Of a stretch of 64,000 nt of DNA, positions 46,385-58,259 are shown one piece after another. The position numbers and the translations under genes are program-made. This DNA is from Eledone cirrhosa (Eukaryota): positions 28,582,001 through 28,646,000 of the forward strand of contig OZ024756.1 in assembly GCA_964016885.1 (NCBI GenBank). The letters are read 5' to 3'. Below the pieces are notes generated by a model. That model ran no database searches and was not told the origin of the DNA. It saw nothing but the letters and a program-made list of their open reading frames with translations. Each line of letters starts with the position of its first letter. The stretch's first letter is position 1.

Positions 46385-46440
46385 GTATATATATATATAT
46401 ATATATGTATGTATATATATATGTATATATATATATATTA
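43661..46440. repeat. About 2.8 kb (TA)n/(TATG)n array
   Basis: Seen directly in sequence. Confidence 0.97.
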
Positions 46441-47050
46441 TGTCAGGTCACCAGTTGGTGCTACTGGTAACATGTATCCCAGTACAACCTGTCCCATGGT
46501 CGGGTCGTTGGCGACTAAACTGGCAACCCCACCAAGGTTTCTTGGTGAGGAGGGTGACTTTGGACATCCTGCAGGACTAAAAACAAAACCTGTCAAAGGG
46601 CAAAGGAGCTCTTAAGAGTCAATGGCCATCCAAAATCACCGGGAGAGATGACCCCTTAGCCTTTGTCAAGGCAGAATTCTAGGAGAAGGAAAACTCTGAT
46701 ATAACACCTGCAACCCTGATGGTATCCAATGATGTTGACTTGTTCTTCTTTTTGGTAAATATCATCTTGGTTAAGAGAGTGGGACTGGCTTTGTGCAGTG
46801 CCTTTGCTCACTATAAAAGCTTCACGGCACAGGCATTGCTTTATATCTGGAAATCTCTCTGCACTTGTCGTCACATGGTACCATGGGCCCAGCACTATGT
46901 GTCAGTAATTGTCACAAGTGTAGTGTTTGTACCAGAGTTTTCAAGTCGCTGGCTGGACTAAAAAGTCACACTCGTTCAGCGCATCGGTAGGGGTTCTCCT
47001 ACATGGATATAAAGTAGTGGCCGTACTCGAAAACGAGTTGGCAGCCACCA
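46441..47050 (+). mobile_element. Non-autonomous bipartite RTE-derived element, about 610 bp
   Basis: RTE 5' UTR-like ggagaaggaaaactctga; ORF end [23 protein letters not shown] (46919-46990); 3' hairpin ctcg-aaaa-cgag. Paralogue at 60072-60669. Confidence 0.7.
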
Positions 47051-47368
47051 TATATATATATATATATGTATGTATATATATATGTATATATATATATATA
47101 TGTATATATATGTATATATATATATACATACACACACATATATAGATATACACATACATATACATATGTATATATATCATCTAATTTTTTCACTTTCACC
47201 CCCCTTTGCCCCCCCCCCCCTCTCCACTTACTAGACTCCTCCCTAGAAATAATTCATGAATAAAATAAAAGGAAACAAAATTAGCAAAATGTGAGATATT
47301 GAATATTTAGGTTTTGAAGATGGTTATTGTATGATTGCATTGTTTTTTTGATAATAGTAACTCTGTAG

Positions 47369-47422
<54 letters not shown>

Positions 47423-48060
47423 TGTGTTTTGCTGTGTGTGTGTGTGTGTGTGTGTGTGTGAACATATGCCCTTGCATGGCTTCAGCTTATCTACTAAGAG
47501 GTAATATATATATATAGTCTTGTCAGTGGGCTGCGGCATACCTTGTTCAAACTGAGCTGTATTTGGGTGATGCATTGTGTGCTTGGGCAAGATACTTTAT
47601 TTCATGTTGCTCCTTCTACCTGGAGTTGCGACCGATAGATAGTATTAGCAATTGGAAAGACCAATGGAAACATAGTATCCTCAGTCCGATTTGACGAAAG
47701 TCGATCGACTGTAGATATATATAATGAGGACAAAGTGGAGGTTTTTACATAAGAGATTTATTGGTCAATCCTGGTTCCAAATGTTTCACAAACAGTTGGC
47801 TTGTGATCCAGGTTGACGTTGCAGACTAGATTCCCAAATTGCTTGATTCTCAGACCAATGCTATCACAACAAAAACCGCATCGGATCTGTGGACAAACCA
47901 GCCAGACACAAACAAGTATCTAGAATGACCAATTACAGGCCTAGAATTCACCAGACACATGTCGTATCCCATACGGTACAAGAGAACAACCGATATAAAT
48001 AAAAAAACAAAAACAAATAAAAATACCCACGTATAAATATACCCTTCTGCCTATATATAT

Positions 48061-48095
<35 letters not shown>

Positions 48096-48141
48096 ACGTC
48101 CGCTTTTCCCTGCTTGCAAGGGTGGGACGGGTCTTATTCAG

Positions 48142-48340
48142 CACAGCATCTCTCCACCGTGAGCTTCAATGATCTGAGGTCTGTTCTCACCACCTCCGCC
48201 CATGTTTTTCGTGGTCTACCTCTACCACGTCTTCTTTCAACTGGCAATTCCTGGCACTTGTTCACCCATCGGTCATCCTCCATGCGCATCACATGTCCAT
48301 ACCACCTCAGTCTCCTCTCCCGTACACTACATTCTATCCC
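48142..48340 (-). mobile_element. RTE LINE ORF C-terminal fragment
   Basis: Minus strand reads RERRLRWYGHVMRMEDDRWVNKC...RGRGRPRKTWAEVVRTDL. Confidence 0.8.
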
Positions 48341-48367
48341 TCTTTATTTCATGTATATATATATATA

Positions 48368-48583
48368 TCATCATCATCATCATCGTTTAACGTCTATCTT
48401 CCATGCTAGCCAGGGTTAGACGGGAATTGTCCCATTTGAGGCAAGATTGGTCGGGTGACCATGTCTCGCTCGTATAGGACTATTTGGCAGGTTTTCTATG
48501 GCTGGATGCTAACCACATTTACAGTGTGAACTGGGAGCTTTTTACTGTGTTACCTACACGACCATATTACAGCGTGGACTGTG
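48368..48583 (-). mobile_element. RTE 3' UTR fragment
   Basis: Similar to 20183-20405 and 18806-18995. Confidence 0.65.
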
Positions 48584-48827
48584 TTATATATATATATTTA
48601 TAAAAAGGAAGTTTGTTTGTCTGTATGTTGACCATTAATAACACTAAATAAAATTGGTAATAATTAAGTTATTTTGTATGTTTTCAACTAATTTGACCTC
48701 CGAAAAGCACTCAATTGCCTTTTCTCCCAAAATTGAATAACGAGTGAGGGCATGTCCCTTCACTCTCTAGTGTCATATTCGAAATTATTTCTGAATATAT
48801 TTTTCTCTCTTTTTCTTCTCTCTGTAG

Positions 48828-48969
48828 ATGTGTGGAGTCTTGGAGTTGTTCTGTACATGTTGGTTTGTGGTACACCACCTTTCTATGAAGCTAATGACAG
48901 TGAAACATTAACCATGATCATGGATTGTAAATATAAGTTCCCAGGTCATGTGTCAAAGGACTGTCAGTC
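48828..48969 (+). CDS. SNRK: SNF-related Ser/Thr kinase exon (kinase subdomains IX-X)
   Basis: Polypyrimidine-tag acceptor, gtaagt donor, 142 bp. (D)[35 protein letters not shown] is SNRK-like. Confidence 0.9.
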
Positions 48970-49049
48970 GTAAGTATTAACCCTTTACTGACTAAAATGG
49001 TGGTGGGAATCCTGTAGTCTTTAGATCGTATCTGCCTTTATGGCAGGCG

Positions 49050-49848
49050 ATGTATGGCTTTCTGACAGATTGTAGCCTTCTGACAGACTCTATGGCCTTC
49101 TGACAGACTCTATGGCCTTCTGACAGATTATGTGGCCTTCTGATCGAATATGTGGCCTTCTGATCGAATATGTGGCCTTCTGATCGAATATGTGGCCTTC
49201 TGATCGAATATGTGGCCTTCTGATCGAATATGTGGCCTTCTGATCGAATATGTGGCCTTCTGTCAGATTATGTAGCTTTCTGACAGACTGTGTGGCCTTG
49301 TATTAGACTGTGTGGCCTTGTATTAGACTGTATGGCCTTGTATTAGACTGTATGGCCTTCTATTAGACTGTATGGCCTTCTGTTAGACTGTATGGCCTTC
49401 TGTTAGACTGTATGGCCTTCTGACAAAGTGTGGTCTTCTGACAGACTGTATGGCCTTCCGACAGACTGTGTGGCCTTCCGACAGACTGTGTGGTCTTCTG
49501 ACAGACTGTGTGGTCTTCTGACAGACTGTGTGGTCTTCTGACAGACTAATGTGGTCTTCTGACAGACTAATGTGGTCTTCTGACAGACTGTGTGGTCTTC
49601 TGACAGACTGTGTGGTCTTCTGACAGACTGTGTGGTCTTCTGACAGACTAATGTGGTCTTCTGACAGACTGTGTGGTCTTCTGACAGACTGTGTGGTCTT
49701 CTGACAGACTGTGTGGTCTTCTGACAGACTGTGTGGTCTTCTGACAGACTGTGTGGTCTTCTGACAGACTGTGTGGTCTTCTGACAGACTGTGTGGTCTT
49801 CTGACAGACTAATGTGGTCTTCTGACAGACTGTATGGCCTTCTGACAG

Positions 49849-49850
<2 letters not shown>
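49050..49850. repeat. 20/21 bp intronic minisatellite (tgtggtcttctgacagactg), about 40 copies
   Basis: Seen directly in sequence; organised as blocks of sub-variants. Confidence 0.95.
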
Positions 49851-49885
<35 letters not shown>

Positions 49886-49897
49886 TTTGTTTTTCAG

Positions 49898-50113
49898 TTT
49901 AATTTCTAGTATGCTGATCAGAGAACCCAACCAACGTGCCAGTTTGGAACAAATAATGAATCATGCTTGGTTGAAAAGTGGAGATGTTCCATACTCGAGC
50001 ATTAGCGTCAACATACCTCTGCTTTCTCGAAGTCTAGTCTCTGCTGATGATCATTCATATATTGTGGAACGCATGATAGAAGGAAGGATGGCCACTAAAG
50101 AAGAAATTGCAGT
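49898..50113 (+). CDS. SNRK: SNRK exon (subdomain XI, linker, start of UBA domain)
   Basis: ttttcag acceptor, gtaaga donor, 216 bp; phase 2 joins TC|T. LISSMLIREPNQRASLEQIMNHAWL...IPLLS...HSYIVERM. Confidence 0.9.
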
Positions 50114-50579
50114 GTAAGACATGGAATTTTGGATTTCTATTATTTTTTTCTTATCTGTTTGTTACCATATTTATCGGGTGGCAATTGGTAGAGTCGTTAA
50201 GACATCAGATTAAATTCCTTTGTTTTTTTTGGGGGGGGTTCTTTTTTGTTTGTCCTGACTTGCTGTGTTCTGAGTTCAAATCCTCAGGTCGACTTTGCCT
50301 TTCAACCTTTGAAGGTCAATAAAGTTTTCTTCTTCTTTTCTTAAGTTACCCTCTTTCGAAGGTGAAGCATTCATTTTTTTTTTTGCTTTTTCTAATGATT
50401 AGAATATATGCGACTTGCCATATCCACATAAACATCCACACCACCGATGTTGTCCAGGCAGTGGCTGAGTAAACTGTAGCAACATGAATAAAGTGTCTTG
50501 ATCAAGGGGTCGATTTAATCAACTTTCCCTTTCCCTCAAAGTTGTTAGCCTTGTGCCTAAATCAGAAACCATTATTATT

Positions 50580-50910
50580 GCTAAGAGCGGTGAATCGGCA
50601 GTGTCGGTAGAACATCAGACAACATGCTTTGCAGCATAGAATTACGGCTCTTTACATTCTGAATTCAAATCCCACCGAGGTTAGCTTTGCCTTTCATCCT
50701 TACGGGGTCGATAAAATAATGTACCAGCCACGCACTGGGGTCGACTTATTCGTCTCCCCACCCCCCAAATTGCTGGCCTTGTGCTTATATAAGAAACCAT
50801 TATTATTATTATTATTGCCTTTCATCCTTACGGGGTCGATAAAATAAAGTACCCAGTAATGTACTGGGTAATTGCTGGCCTTGTGGCAAAAGTAGAAACA
50901 ATTATTATTA
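50580..50910 (+). mobile_element. SINE family B plus duplicated 3' half
   Basis: Head, central domain and (ATT)n tails. Confidence 0.8.
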
Positions 50911-51291
50911 TTATTATTATTTTCATCAGCAGGTAAAACACGAGTGAGTGAGTGAGTGCCAGTGGTTGTGATTTATTTTTGGCTCAGTTGTTGCTGCTCC
51001 CTTCTCAGTGCTAGTAGTGACGGGTTATAGTGGTGGAGGTGGAGGTGAGTGTTGCACCCCTCCTCCTATCAAAACGGAAGTCAGTTCAGGTTACTTACTT
51101 ACTGTAGCTCTGTCTTTTACATTACACAATGCCACTGTTTGTTATTACTACACATAGTATATAGTACATAGTATATAGTCAATAGTACATAGTATAACCT
51201 TTTCTAATATAGAGCTTCTGCTGGGATAAATTTATCTTCTCACCTTGCTTGGGACCATATATATATATTAGAGGGGGAGTGAGTATGTGTG

Positions 51292-51585
51292 TATATATAG
51301 TAATAATAATAAATTTGAAGACTAAAATCCAAAGAGGGCGCCATAAGGATAAATATATATCAAATATATAAGAACCCAAATAATGAAGTATTATATTCGT
51401 TTTTTCCCGTTCTTTGCCAGGGAACGTTTCCACGAACCAAAGTATCGTCTTCCTGTCTTCCTCCGGTTGCAACGTTTTTTGAAATATTCACTTCTGGGGT
51501 CACAGATTGACTTTGTTAGTTTCAGAAGATCCCGTTAAGGGTGAAAGCAGCGATTCTTTGCTTAAACTTTAATCTGTTATTTTAT
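51292..51585. mobile_element. Second copy of the 29171 repeat with its 3' part inverted in front; hammerhead-like motif at 51518-51568 (+)
   Basis: 51298-51376 is the reverse complement of 29338-29412; 51435-51582 matches 29171-29318. Confidence 0.7.
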
Positions 51586-51597
51586 ATATATATATAT

Positions 51598-51937
51598 AGA
51601 GGCACATGGCTTAGTGGTTAGAGCATTGGCCTTGCAATCGAAAGGTTGTGAGTTCAATTCTCAGACCGGGTGATGTGTTGTTTCCTTGAGAGCAAGACAC
51701 TTTATTTCACATTGCTCCAGTTTACTCAGCTGTAGAAATGAGATGATAGGGACTGGGGTCCATATCATTCCACTGCAGAGTGGTTGTGGAGATGCCACGG
51801 CAAAAAAGCACCCATCACTCACTGTAAATGAGGTTGGTGTTAGGAAGGGCATCCAGCTGTAGAAATCAAGCCAGAATCAGTTCCCGTTCCACCCTTGCAA
51901 GCAGGGAAAAGCGGACGTAAAATGAGGATGATGATGA
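51598..51937 (+). mobile_element. SINE family A, full length
   Basis: Paralogue of 1924-2262. Confidence 0.88.
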
Positions 51938-51949
51938 TATATATATATA

Positions 51950-52709
51950 TATAATTGAATATAAAAGAAAAACGAACACAGATATATAAATATATGTGTT
52001 CAAATTGCAAGGGACCAGATTCGCTAAGGTGAAAAGAATACTAACTATAGACAATAGGGTTTGCTTGTCTCAATTTAAGAAAAAATCAAGAAAATAAATA
52101 CAAACCGGAACTACCAATCACCCAGACAGCTTGGTGCTGTTTCGCAAAGTTAATTATGAATAGAATTACCAATTCTTTTATATTCAATTATAATATACGG
52201 CTCGCAAAAATCTCTTTCTTAGAGCTATTTTATTGTAAGAGACTATTTTGAGTTCCTAACTCAATATATACCTTTGATATATTCGGCACCGTTAATTTGT
52301 TGAGCTATTTCAAATATCAAATAAACCTGGCTGCTATTTTTAGTGGTGTAAGTTTGTGATACCATGTGCATTATTATATATAGCACACTATTCAGTTACT
52401 TAATATTCTTAGAAGTGTCTAGGATACTAATTCATCACCCACTGATGAGCAACAATTGGTAATTCTATTCACAATCAATATTGCGAAACGGCACCAAGCT
52501 GTCTGGGTGATTGGTAGTTACCACAATTCCGGTTAGTATTCTTAGGTTAGTATTCTATATTAGGTCCCTTGCGATTTGAACACACATATATGTATATATC
52601 TGTGTTCGTTTTTCTTTTATATTCAATTATAATATACAGAAAAAATCTCTTTCTTAGAGCTATTTTATTGTAAGAGACTATTTTGAGTTCCTAACTCAAT
52701 ATATACCTT

Positions 52710-52717
<8 letters not shown>
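51950..52717. mobile_element. Retrozyme / Penelope pseudo-LTR-like non-coding element
   Basis: Direct repeats of about 105 bp at 52173-52280 and 52612-52717 (period 439), an internal hammerhead, and an inverted partial copy at 51950-52174. Confidence 0.75.
52434..52511 (+). ncRNA. Type I hammerhead ribozyme with canonical core
   Basis: AUCACCCA-CUGAUGA-GCAA...UUGC-GAAA-CGGC-accaa-GCUG-UC|UGGGUGAU. Stem I 8 bp, stem III 5 bp, predicted cleavage after C52503. Confidence 0.88.
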
Positions 52718-52761
<44 letters not shown>

Positions 52762-52842
52762 AAGTACATATGTATATATGTATGTATAAATATGTAAACC
52801 CATGCTACCGTGGAAGATAGACGTTAAACGATGATGATGATG

Positions 52843-52875
<33 letters not shown>

Positions 52876-52884
52876 TATGTGTGT

Positions 52885-53200
52885 GTATATCAGTATGTAC
52901 ATGTATTTATGTATATATGTGTATATATCAGTATCTACATATATTTATGTATATATGTGTGTATATCAGTATGTACATATATTTATGTATATATGTGTGT
53001 ATATATCAGTATCTACATATATTTATGTATATATGTGTGTATATCAGTATGTACATATATTTATGTATATATGTGTGTATATCAGTATGTACATATATTT
53101 ATGTATATATGTGTGTATATCAGTATGTACATATATTTATGTATATATATGTGTATATATCAGTATGTACATATATTTATGTATATGTGTGTGTATATAT
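52885..53200. repeat. Roughly 38-40 bp minisatellite derived from a TA/TG microsatellite
   Basis: Repeated atatcagtatgtacatatatttatgtatatatgtgtgt. Confidence 0.85.
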
Positions 53201-53539
53201 ATATGTATATATATGTATGTGTTTATATATGTGTGTTAAACACACACTCATCCATGTAGAATGTGGTGCAAAGACACCAGAATAATTGTGACTGTTTTCA
53301 CTAAACTACTGTATAGAAACTTGTTATATTAGCCCAATTAGTGGAATAGTACTGCTACTAGTAGCAGTAGTAGTAGAAGTATAACACATTGCTATTGGTA
53401 GTTTTGTATAACTTGTAGGTGAACACACACTGTCATAAATTTTTGTGTGTATGTAGTCATATATATATATATATATATATATATTATTACTATATACGAT
53501 ATTAAACAAATGGAAACTACATTTTAATATGATATCTAT

Positions 53540-53862
53540 CATCATCATTCATTTTCATTTTACATCCACTTTTCCCTGCTTGCAGGGTGGGATGGGAACT
53601 GATTCTGGCTTGATTTCTACAGCTGGATGCCCTTCCTAACACCAACCTCATTTACAGTGAGTGTTGGGTGCTTTTTTGCTCCACGACCACTTTGCAGTGG
53701 AATGATAGGGTCCCTATCATCTCATTTCTACAGCTGAGTAAACTGGAGCAATGTGAAATAAAGTGTCTTGCTCAAGGAAACAACACATCGCCCGGTCTGA
53801 GAATTGAACTCACAACCTTTCGATTGCAAGGCCAATGCTCTAACCACTAAGCCATGTGCCTC
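53540..53862 (-). mobile_element. SINE family A
   Basis: Reverse complement of the family A consensus with short deletions. Confidence 0.85.
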
Positions 53863-54095
53863 CATCTATATATATATATACATATATATATATAATATTA
53901 TATATATATAATATTATATATATATTATATTATATATTATATTATATATATATATATTATATTATATATATTATATATATATTATATTATATTATATATA
54001 TATATATATTATATATATATATTATATATATATATATATTATATTATATTATATATATATATATATTATATATATATATTATATATATATTATAT

Positions 54096-54136
<41 letters not shown>

Positions 54137-54236
54137 CAATCGGGGGTAACCACAGTACATAGCAGTGTATAAATATTTAATATAGAAGAGGCTTCTACAG
54201 GACTAGAACTGTTTTATTCGGTAGAAATTATCAAGA

Positions 54237-54287
54237 AGCTTCCTGATGATTTCTCACGAATGAAACAGTTCTAGTCCTGTAGAAGCT
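54237..54287 (+). ncRNA. Type I hammerhead ribozyme
   Basis: AGCUUC-CUGAUGA-u-UUC-ucac-GAA-u-GAAA-CAG-uucuaguc-CUG-UA|GAAGCU; GUA site. Confidence 0.75.
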
Positions 54288-54372
54288 TTTCTATATTAAA
54301 ATATATATATATATATAATATATATATATATAATCATCATCATACGTCCGCTTTTCCCTACTTGCAAGGGTG

Positions 54373-54410
<38 letters not shown>

Positions 54411-54411
54411 G

Positions 54412-54461
54412 GCTTCTACAGGGCTAGAACTGTTTCATTTGAAGGAAATCATCAGGAAAGC
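54412..54461 (-). ncRNA. Type I hammerhead, core intact but stem II weak
   Basis: Minus strand gcuuuc-CUGAUGA-uuuccuucaaau-GAAA-CAG-uucuagcc-CUG-UA|GAAGC. Confidence 0.6.
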
Positions 54462-54997
54462 TATCTTGATGATTTCCTTTGAATGAAACAGTTCTAGTCC
54501 TCTAGAAGCCATTTCTATATTAAATTTGTTGTATATACTCTACTAATGTATTGAGTACCTTACTTACTGTGGTTACCCCCGATTGAACCCAGGACTCACA
54601 CTCACACACATATATAGATATATAGATAAATCTGGATGGATTCAGTTTGAAACTGGTTAGACCATTACTGAACAGTGTCTGGATTTAGCTGTCGAAATGG
54701 CCAAATCTTTTCATATTACCCACTCTACTGCCCCAAGTATTGAGTACTCTGGTGAGTTATGGTCAACCTGGTGTTTTACTACACCCTCTCATGTATGTAT
54801 AAATATGTGTGTGTATATATACACATATATGTATGTATATATGTGTGTGTGTATATATATTATATATATCATCATCATCATCATCATCATCTTCGTTTAA
54901 CGTCCATTTTCCACGCTAGCATGGGTTATATATATATATATATATATATATGGTTTATATATATATATGGTTTATATATATATATATATATATATAT

Positions 54998-55035
<38 letters not shown>

Positions 55036-55370
55036 CAAACACAAACAGGCATACACATTTTTTGTATAAGCACAGAACAGCTTTTCTTTCAAACATTTTA
55101 TATTAACATGACTGTATTCTAGTTTGATCATTTAATGATGTAACTGGAACACATTCATATTTTTAGTATAGCAGAGAGAGAGACCACCCTGAAGTAAACT
55201 AGATTTCAGCTATTGTGTACTTCAAAATAGAAGATTTTATGTTATTGGCTTCATTTGTTTAATTTAATTTTTTTTCTTCTCTAATCTGTTTTCTTGTCAT
55301 TACTGAATGAATTACCAGCATTAAATCTAAATTTAAGCCATCCATTATAACTTCATGGAAGAAACTTTTC

Positions 55371-56381
55371 TTAACCCTTTAGCATTTACATTATTCTATA
55401 TTGGTGGTGGATTGGCAGTATCGGTAGAGGGTCGGACGCCATGCTTTCCAGCATAGTTACGTCCCTTTACGATCTGAGTTCAAATCCCGCCGAGGTTGAC
55501 TTTGCCTTTCATCCTTGCGGGGTCGATAAAATAAAGTACCAGTAATGTACTGGATAAATGCTGGCCTTGTGCCAAAGGTAGAAACAATTATTCTATATTG
55601 GTGGTGGATTGGCAGTATCAGTAGAGGGTCAGATGACATGCTTTGCAGCATAGAGTTACGCCCCTTTACGGTCTGAGTTTAACCCATTAGTGTTCAAACC
55701 GGCCAAAACCGGCCAGAATTCTCTACCTCTTTCTGTTGAAACTGGCTGTAACTGGTCACTCAAACTGATGCTGAGGTATTGTTCTCAAAATAAATACTTT
55801 CAAAATCTCATAGATTCGATATTATGTGAGATAATTGTGTGAGGTAAAGCCTTTACCATGAAAATATAATAGTATATATAAAATAATGTGAAAGCTAAAG
55901 GGTTAAATCCCACCGAGGTTAACTTTGCCTTTCATCCTTATGGGGTTGATAAAATAAAGTACCACTAATGCACTGGTTAATTGCTGGCCTTGTGCCAAAA
56001 GTAGCAACAATTATTCTATATTTACTATTGTATTTTCGTGGTAAAGGCTTTATCTCACATAATATCGAATCTATGAGATTTTGATAGTATTTATTTTGAG
56101 AACAATACCTTAACATAAGTATGAGCAGCGAGTTAAAACCAGTTTGAACAGAAAGAGGTGAGAGAATTCTGGCCAGATACAGCTGGTTTAAATACTAAAG
56201 GGTTAAACCAGCCATATCTGGCCAGAATTCTCTTACTCTTTTTGTTCAAATCAGTTGTTCATACTGATGTTAAGGTATTTATTCTCAAGATTCGATATTG
56301 TGTGAGATAATTTTATGAGGTAAAACCTTTACCATAAAAATATAATAGTAAATATAAAGTAATGTAAATGCTAAAGGGTTT
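55371..56381. mobile_element. Nested piggyBac-like MITE / SINE B / MITE complex
   Basis: Outer TTAA MITE 55371-56206; two SINE B copies bounded by attattctatatt (55390, 55587, 56010); inner TTAA MITE 55679-55906; inverted MITE 56203-56381. Confidence 0.8.
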
Positions 56382-56777
56382 AGATATGTTTAAAACACCG
56401 ACTTAACCCTTTTGTTACCAACCCAGCCAAAACTGGCTCTGGTTCTATGAAATAAAACCACCCATTTAAAAATTTTCCAACAATTTTATGTAAGAACCTT
56501 ACATTGAGATAATTTTAGTAAATCCCTCAAAATCTTTCATGAATTAGTTGAAACAGTGTATTTCATGAGAAATGCAGTCACGAAAAGGTTAAACCTATTA
56601 TTGTTTGATGTAATAAACTTTTCTTAAGATATGTTCCAAACAGTAACTTAATAACGAGAAAGTTAGTTATATTACTTAACCCGATCAAAGGCTGTGTATT
56701 TCATTAGAATGGTAAAGCCTTTACCGTGAAAATATGATAGAGTAATGTAAATACTAAACGGTTAATAATGAAATAAA

Positions 56778-56930
56778 TAATGGTTTCTGATTTAGGCACA
56801 AGGCCAACAATTTTTTAAATTTATCTATCCCGTAAGGATGAAAGGCAAAGCTAACCTCAGCGGGATTTGAACTCAGAATGTAAAGGGACGTAACTATGCC
56901 GTGAAGCATGGTATCCGGCGCTCTGCCAAT
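56778..56930 (-). mobile_element. SINE family B
   Basis: Reverse-complement copy. Confidence 0.75.
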
Positions 56931-56931
56931 A

Positions 56932-57110
56932 ATAAAGGGAGCTCCTTGATCATGCAGTCAAGTGATTATCAAAGGGAGTCTCTTGACCAAATGGTCAAGC
57001 GATTGTAAAAGGAGCCTCTTGACCACACAAGTGATTGTAAAAGGAGCCTCTTGACCAAACAATCAAGTAATTGCAAAAGGGAGCTCCTTCACCAGATAAC
57101 CATGTGACTG
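56932..57110. repeat. Degenerate tandem repeat of about 33-39 bp
   Basis: aaaggagcctcttgacca...caagtgattgt, about 5 copies. Confidence 0.7.
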
Positions 57111-57150
57111 CTAAACATACTTCTTAGTTGAGTTTTTCTTCTGTTTGCAG

Positions 57151-57345
57151 ATCTCTGGAAAAAGATTCTTATGACCACATTGCTGCCACGTATTATCTGA
57201 TGATTGAGCGCAGGTTGAAAGCTAAGCAGTCCGAGATGACGTTAACGACTCAGGGTGGGAAGTCGGCTAATGCTTACCAAATTCGTAAGAACTCAGCACC
57301 AGCCGATGGGAAGCCCCACCTAGAACCGCTCGCTCTTTCTCCTCG
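57151..57345 (+). CDS. SNRK: SNRK exon (UBA C-terminal helix and start of regulatory tail)
   Basis: tttgcag acceptor, gtaagt donor, 195 bp; phase 2 joins GT|A. SLEKDSYDHIAATYYLMIERRLK. Confidence 0.88.
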
Positions 57346-57676
57346 GTAAGTCTCCCAACAACCCCATTTCTCTCTAAACACATCAATCTTTCATTTTATA
57401 TTTATATTTTATCATTATTGTAAATGTTGTGGTTGTTATTGTTATTATCATCACGTCCTCCCTCAGGATTGATCTTAATTCCTCGATTAGTCAAAATAGC
57501 AGACCACATCCAATGATCTTAGGTATCATTATTGTTATTATTATTATTACTTGGGAGAGGGAGGAAGCCAATTATATTGATTGCAGAACCTAAACTACCA
57601 GTGAAGTACTGGGGTTGATAAAACCATCTTCTCTGTTCTCCCAAATTACTGGCTTTGTGCCAATGCTAGAAATTAT

Positions 57677-57856
57677 TACAGTGAAATTCCGTTATAACGA
57701 AATTCATGGGGTATAAAAAGAATTTGTTGTAACAAACAATTCTTTATAAGGAGATCGACCAAAACACATCAAACATGTGGCCGGGAATTGAAAAAAATGT
57801 TGTTATACTGAAAAATTTGTTATAATGGTATTCGTTATAACGGAATTTTACCTGTA
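57677..57856. mobile_element. Tc1/pogo-like MITE
   Basis: TA-cagtgaaattccgttataacgaa ... ttcgttataacggaattttacctg-TA. Confidence 0.8.
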
Positions 57857-58192
57857 GTATTATTATTATTATTATTATTATTACTACTACTACTATCATC
57901 ATCACTACTACTATTGATTTCAGTAAGATCCTGTATGAAACCAATTTGTATACAACCAGTCCCAAATTCCCTGTGCAATTAGTTACAGTTTTTCCAACTA
58001 TTTAGGAAATATTTTCTGTCTTTATTCCACTTTTCCAGCTCAACTTTAAATCTTATATATGCTATGTAAAACTGCCATACATATTTTATATAAAACCTCC
58101 ATACATTTTCTATGTAAAACCTCCTTACATACTCTTTGTAAAGCCTTCATATATATTCTATATAAAAACTCTGTATATATTTTATGTAGAAC

Positions 58193-58259
<67 letters not shown>

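Larger units (their letters stand above)
54136..54586. mobile_element. Double fold-back element carrying four hammerhead-derived arms
   Basis: Outer 22 bp perfect inverted repeat (54136-54157 / 54565-54586). Imperfect palindromes centred on aagctt (54236-54241) and agct (54459-54462). Confidence 0.75.

Noticed and set aside
46441-46525. Complete HDV-like ribozyme
   Set aside because: P2, P4 and J4/2-like parts are visible, but P1 and P3/L3 could not be assigned by hand, so it is not annotated as a feature.
57198-57237. CTGATGA...GAAA inside an SNRK exon
   Set aside because: Stems I and II do not form; coincidental with codons.
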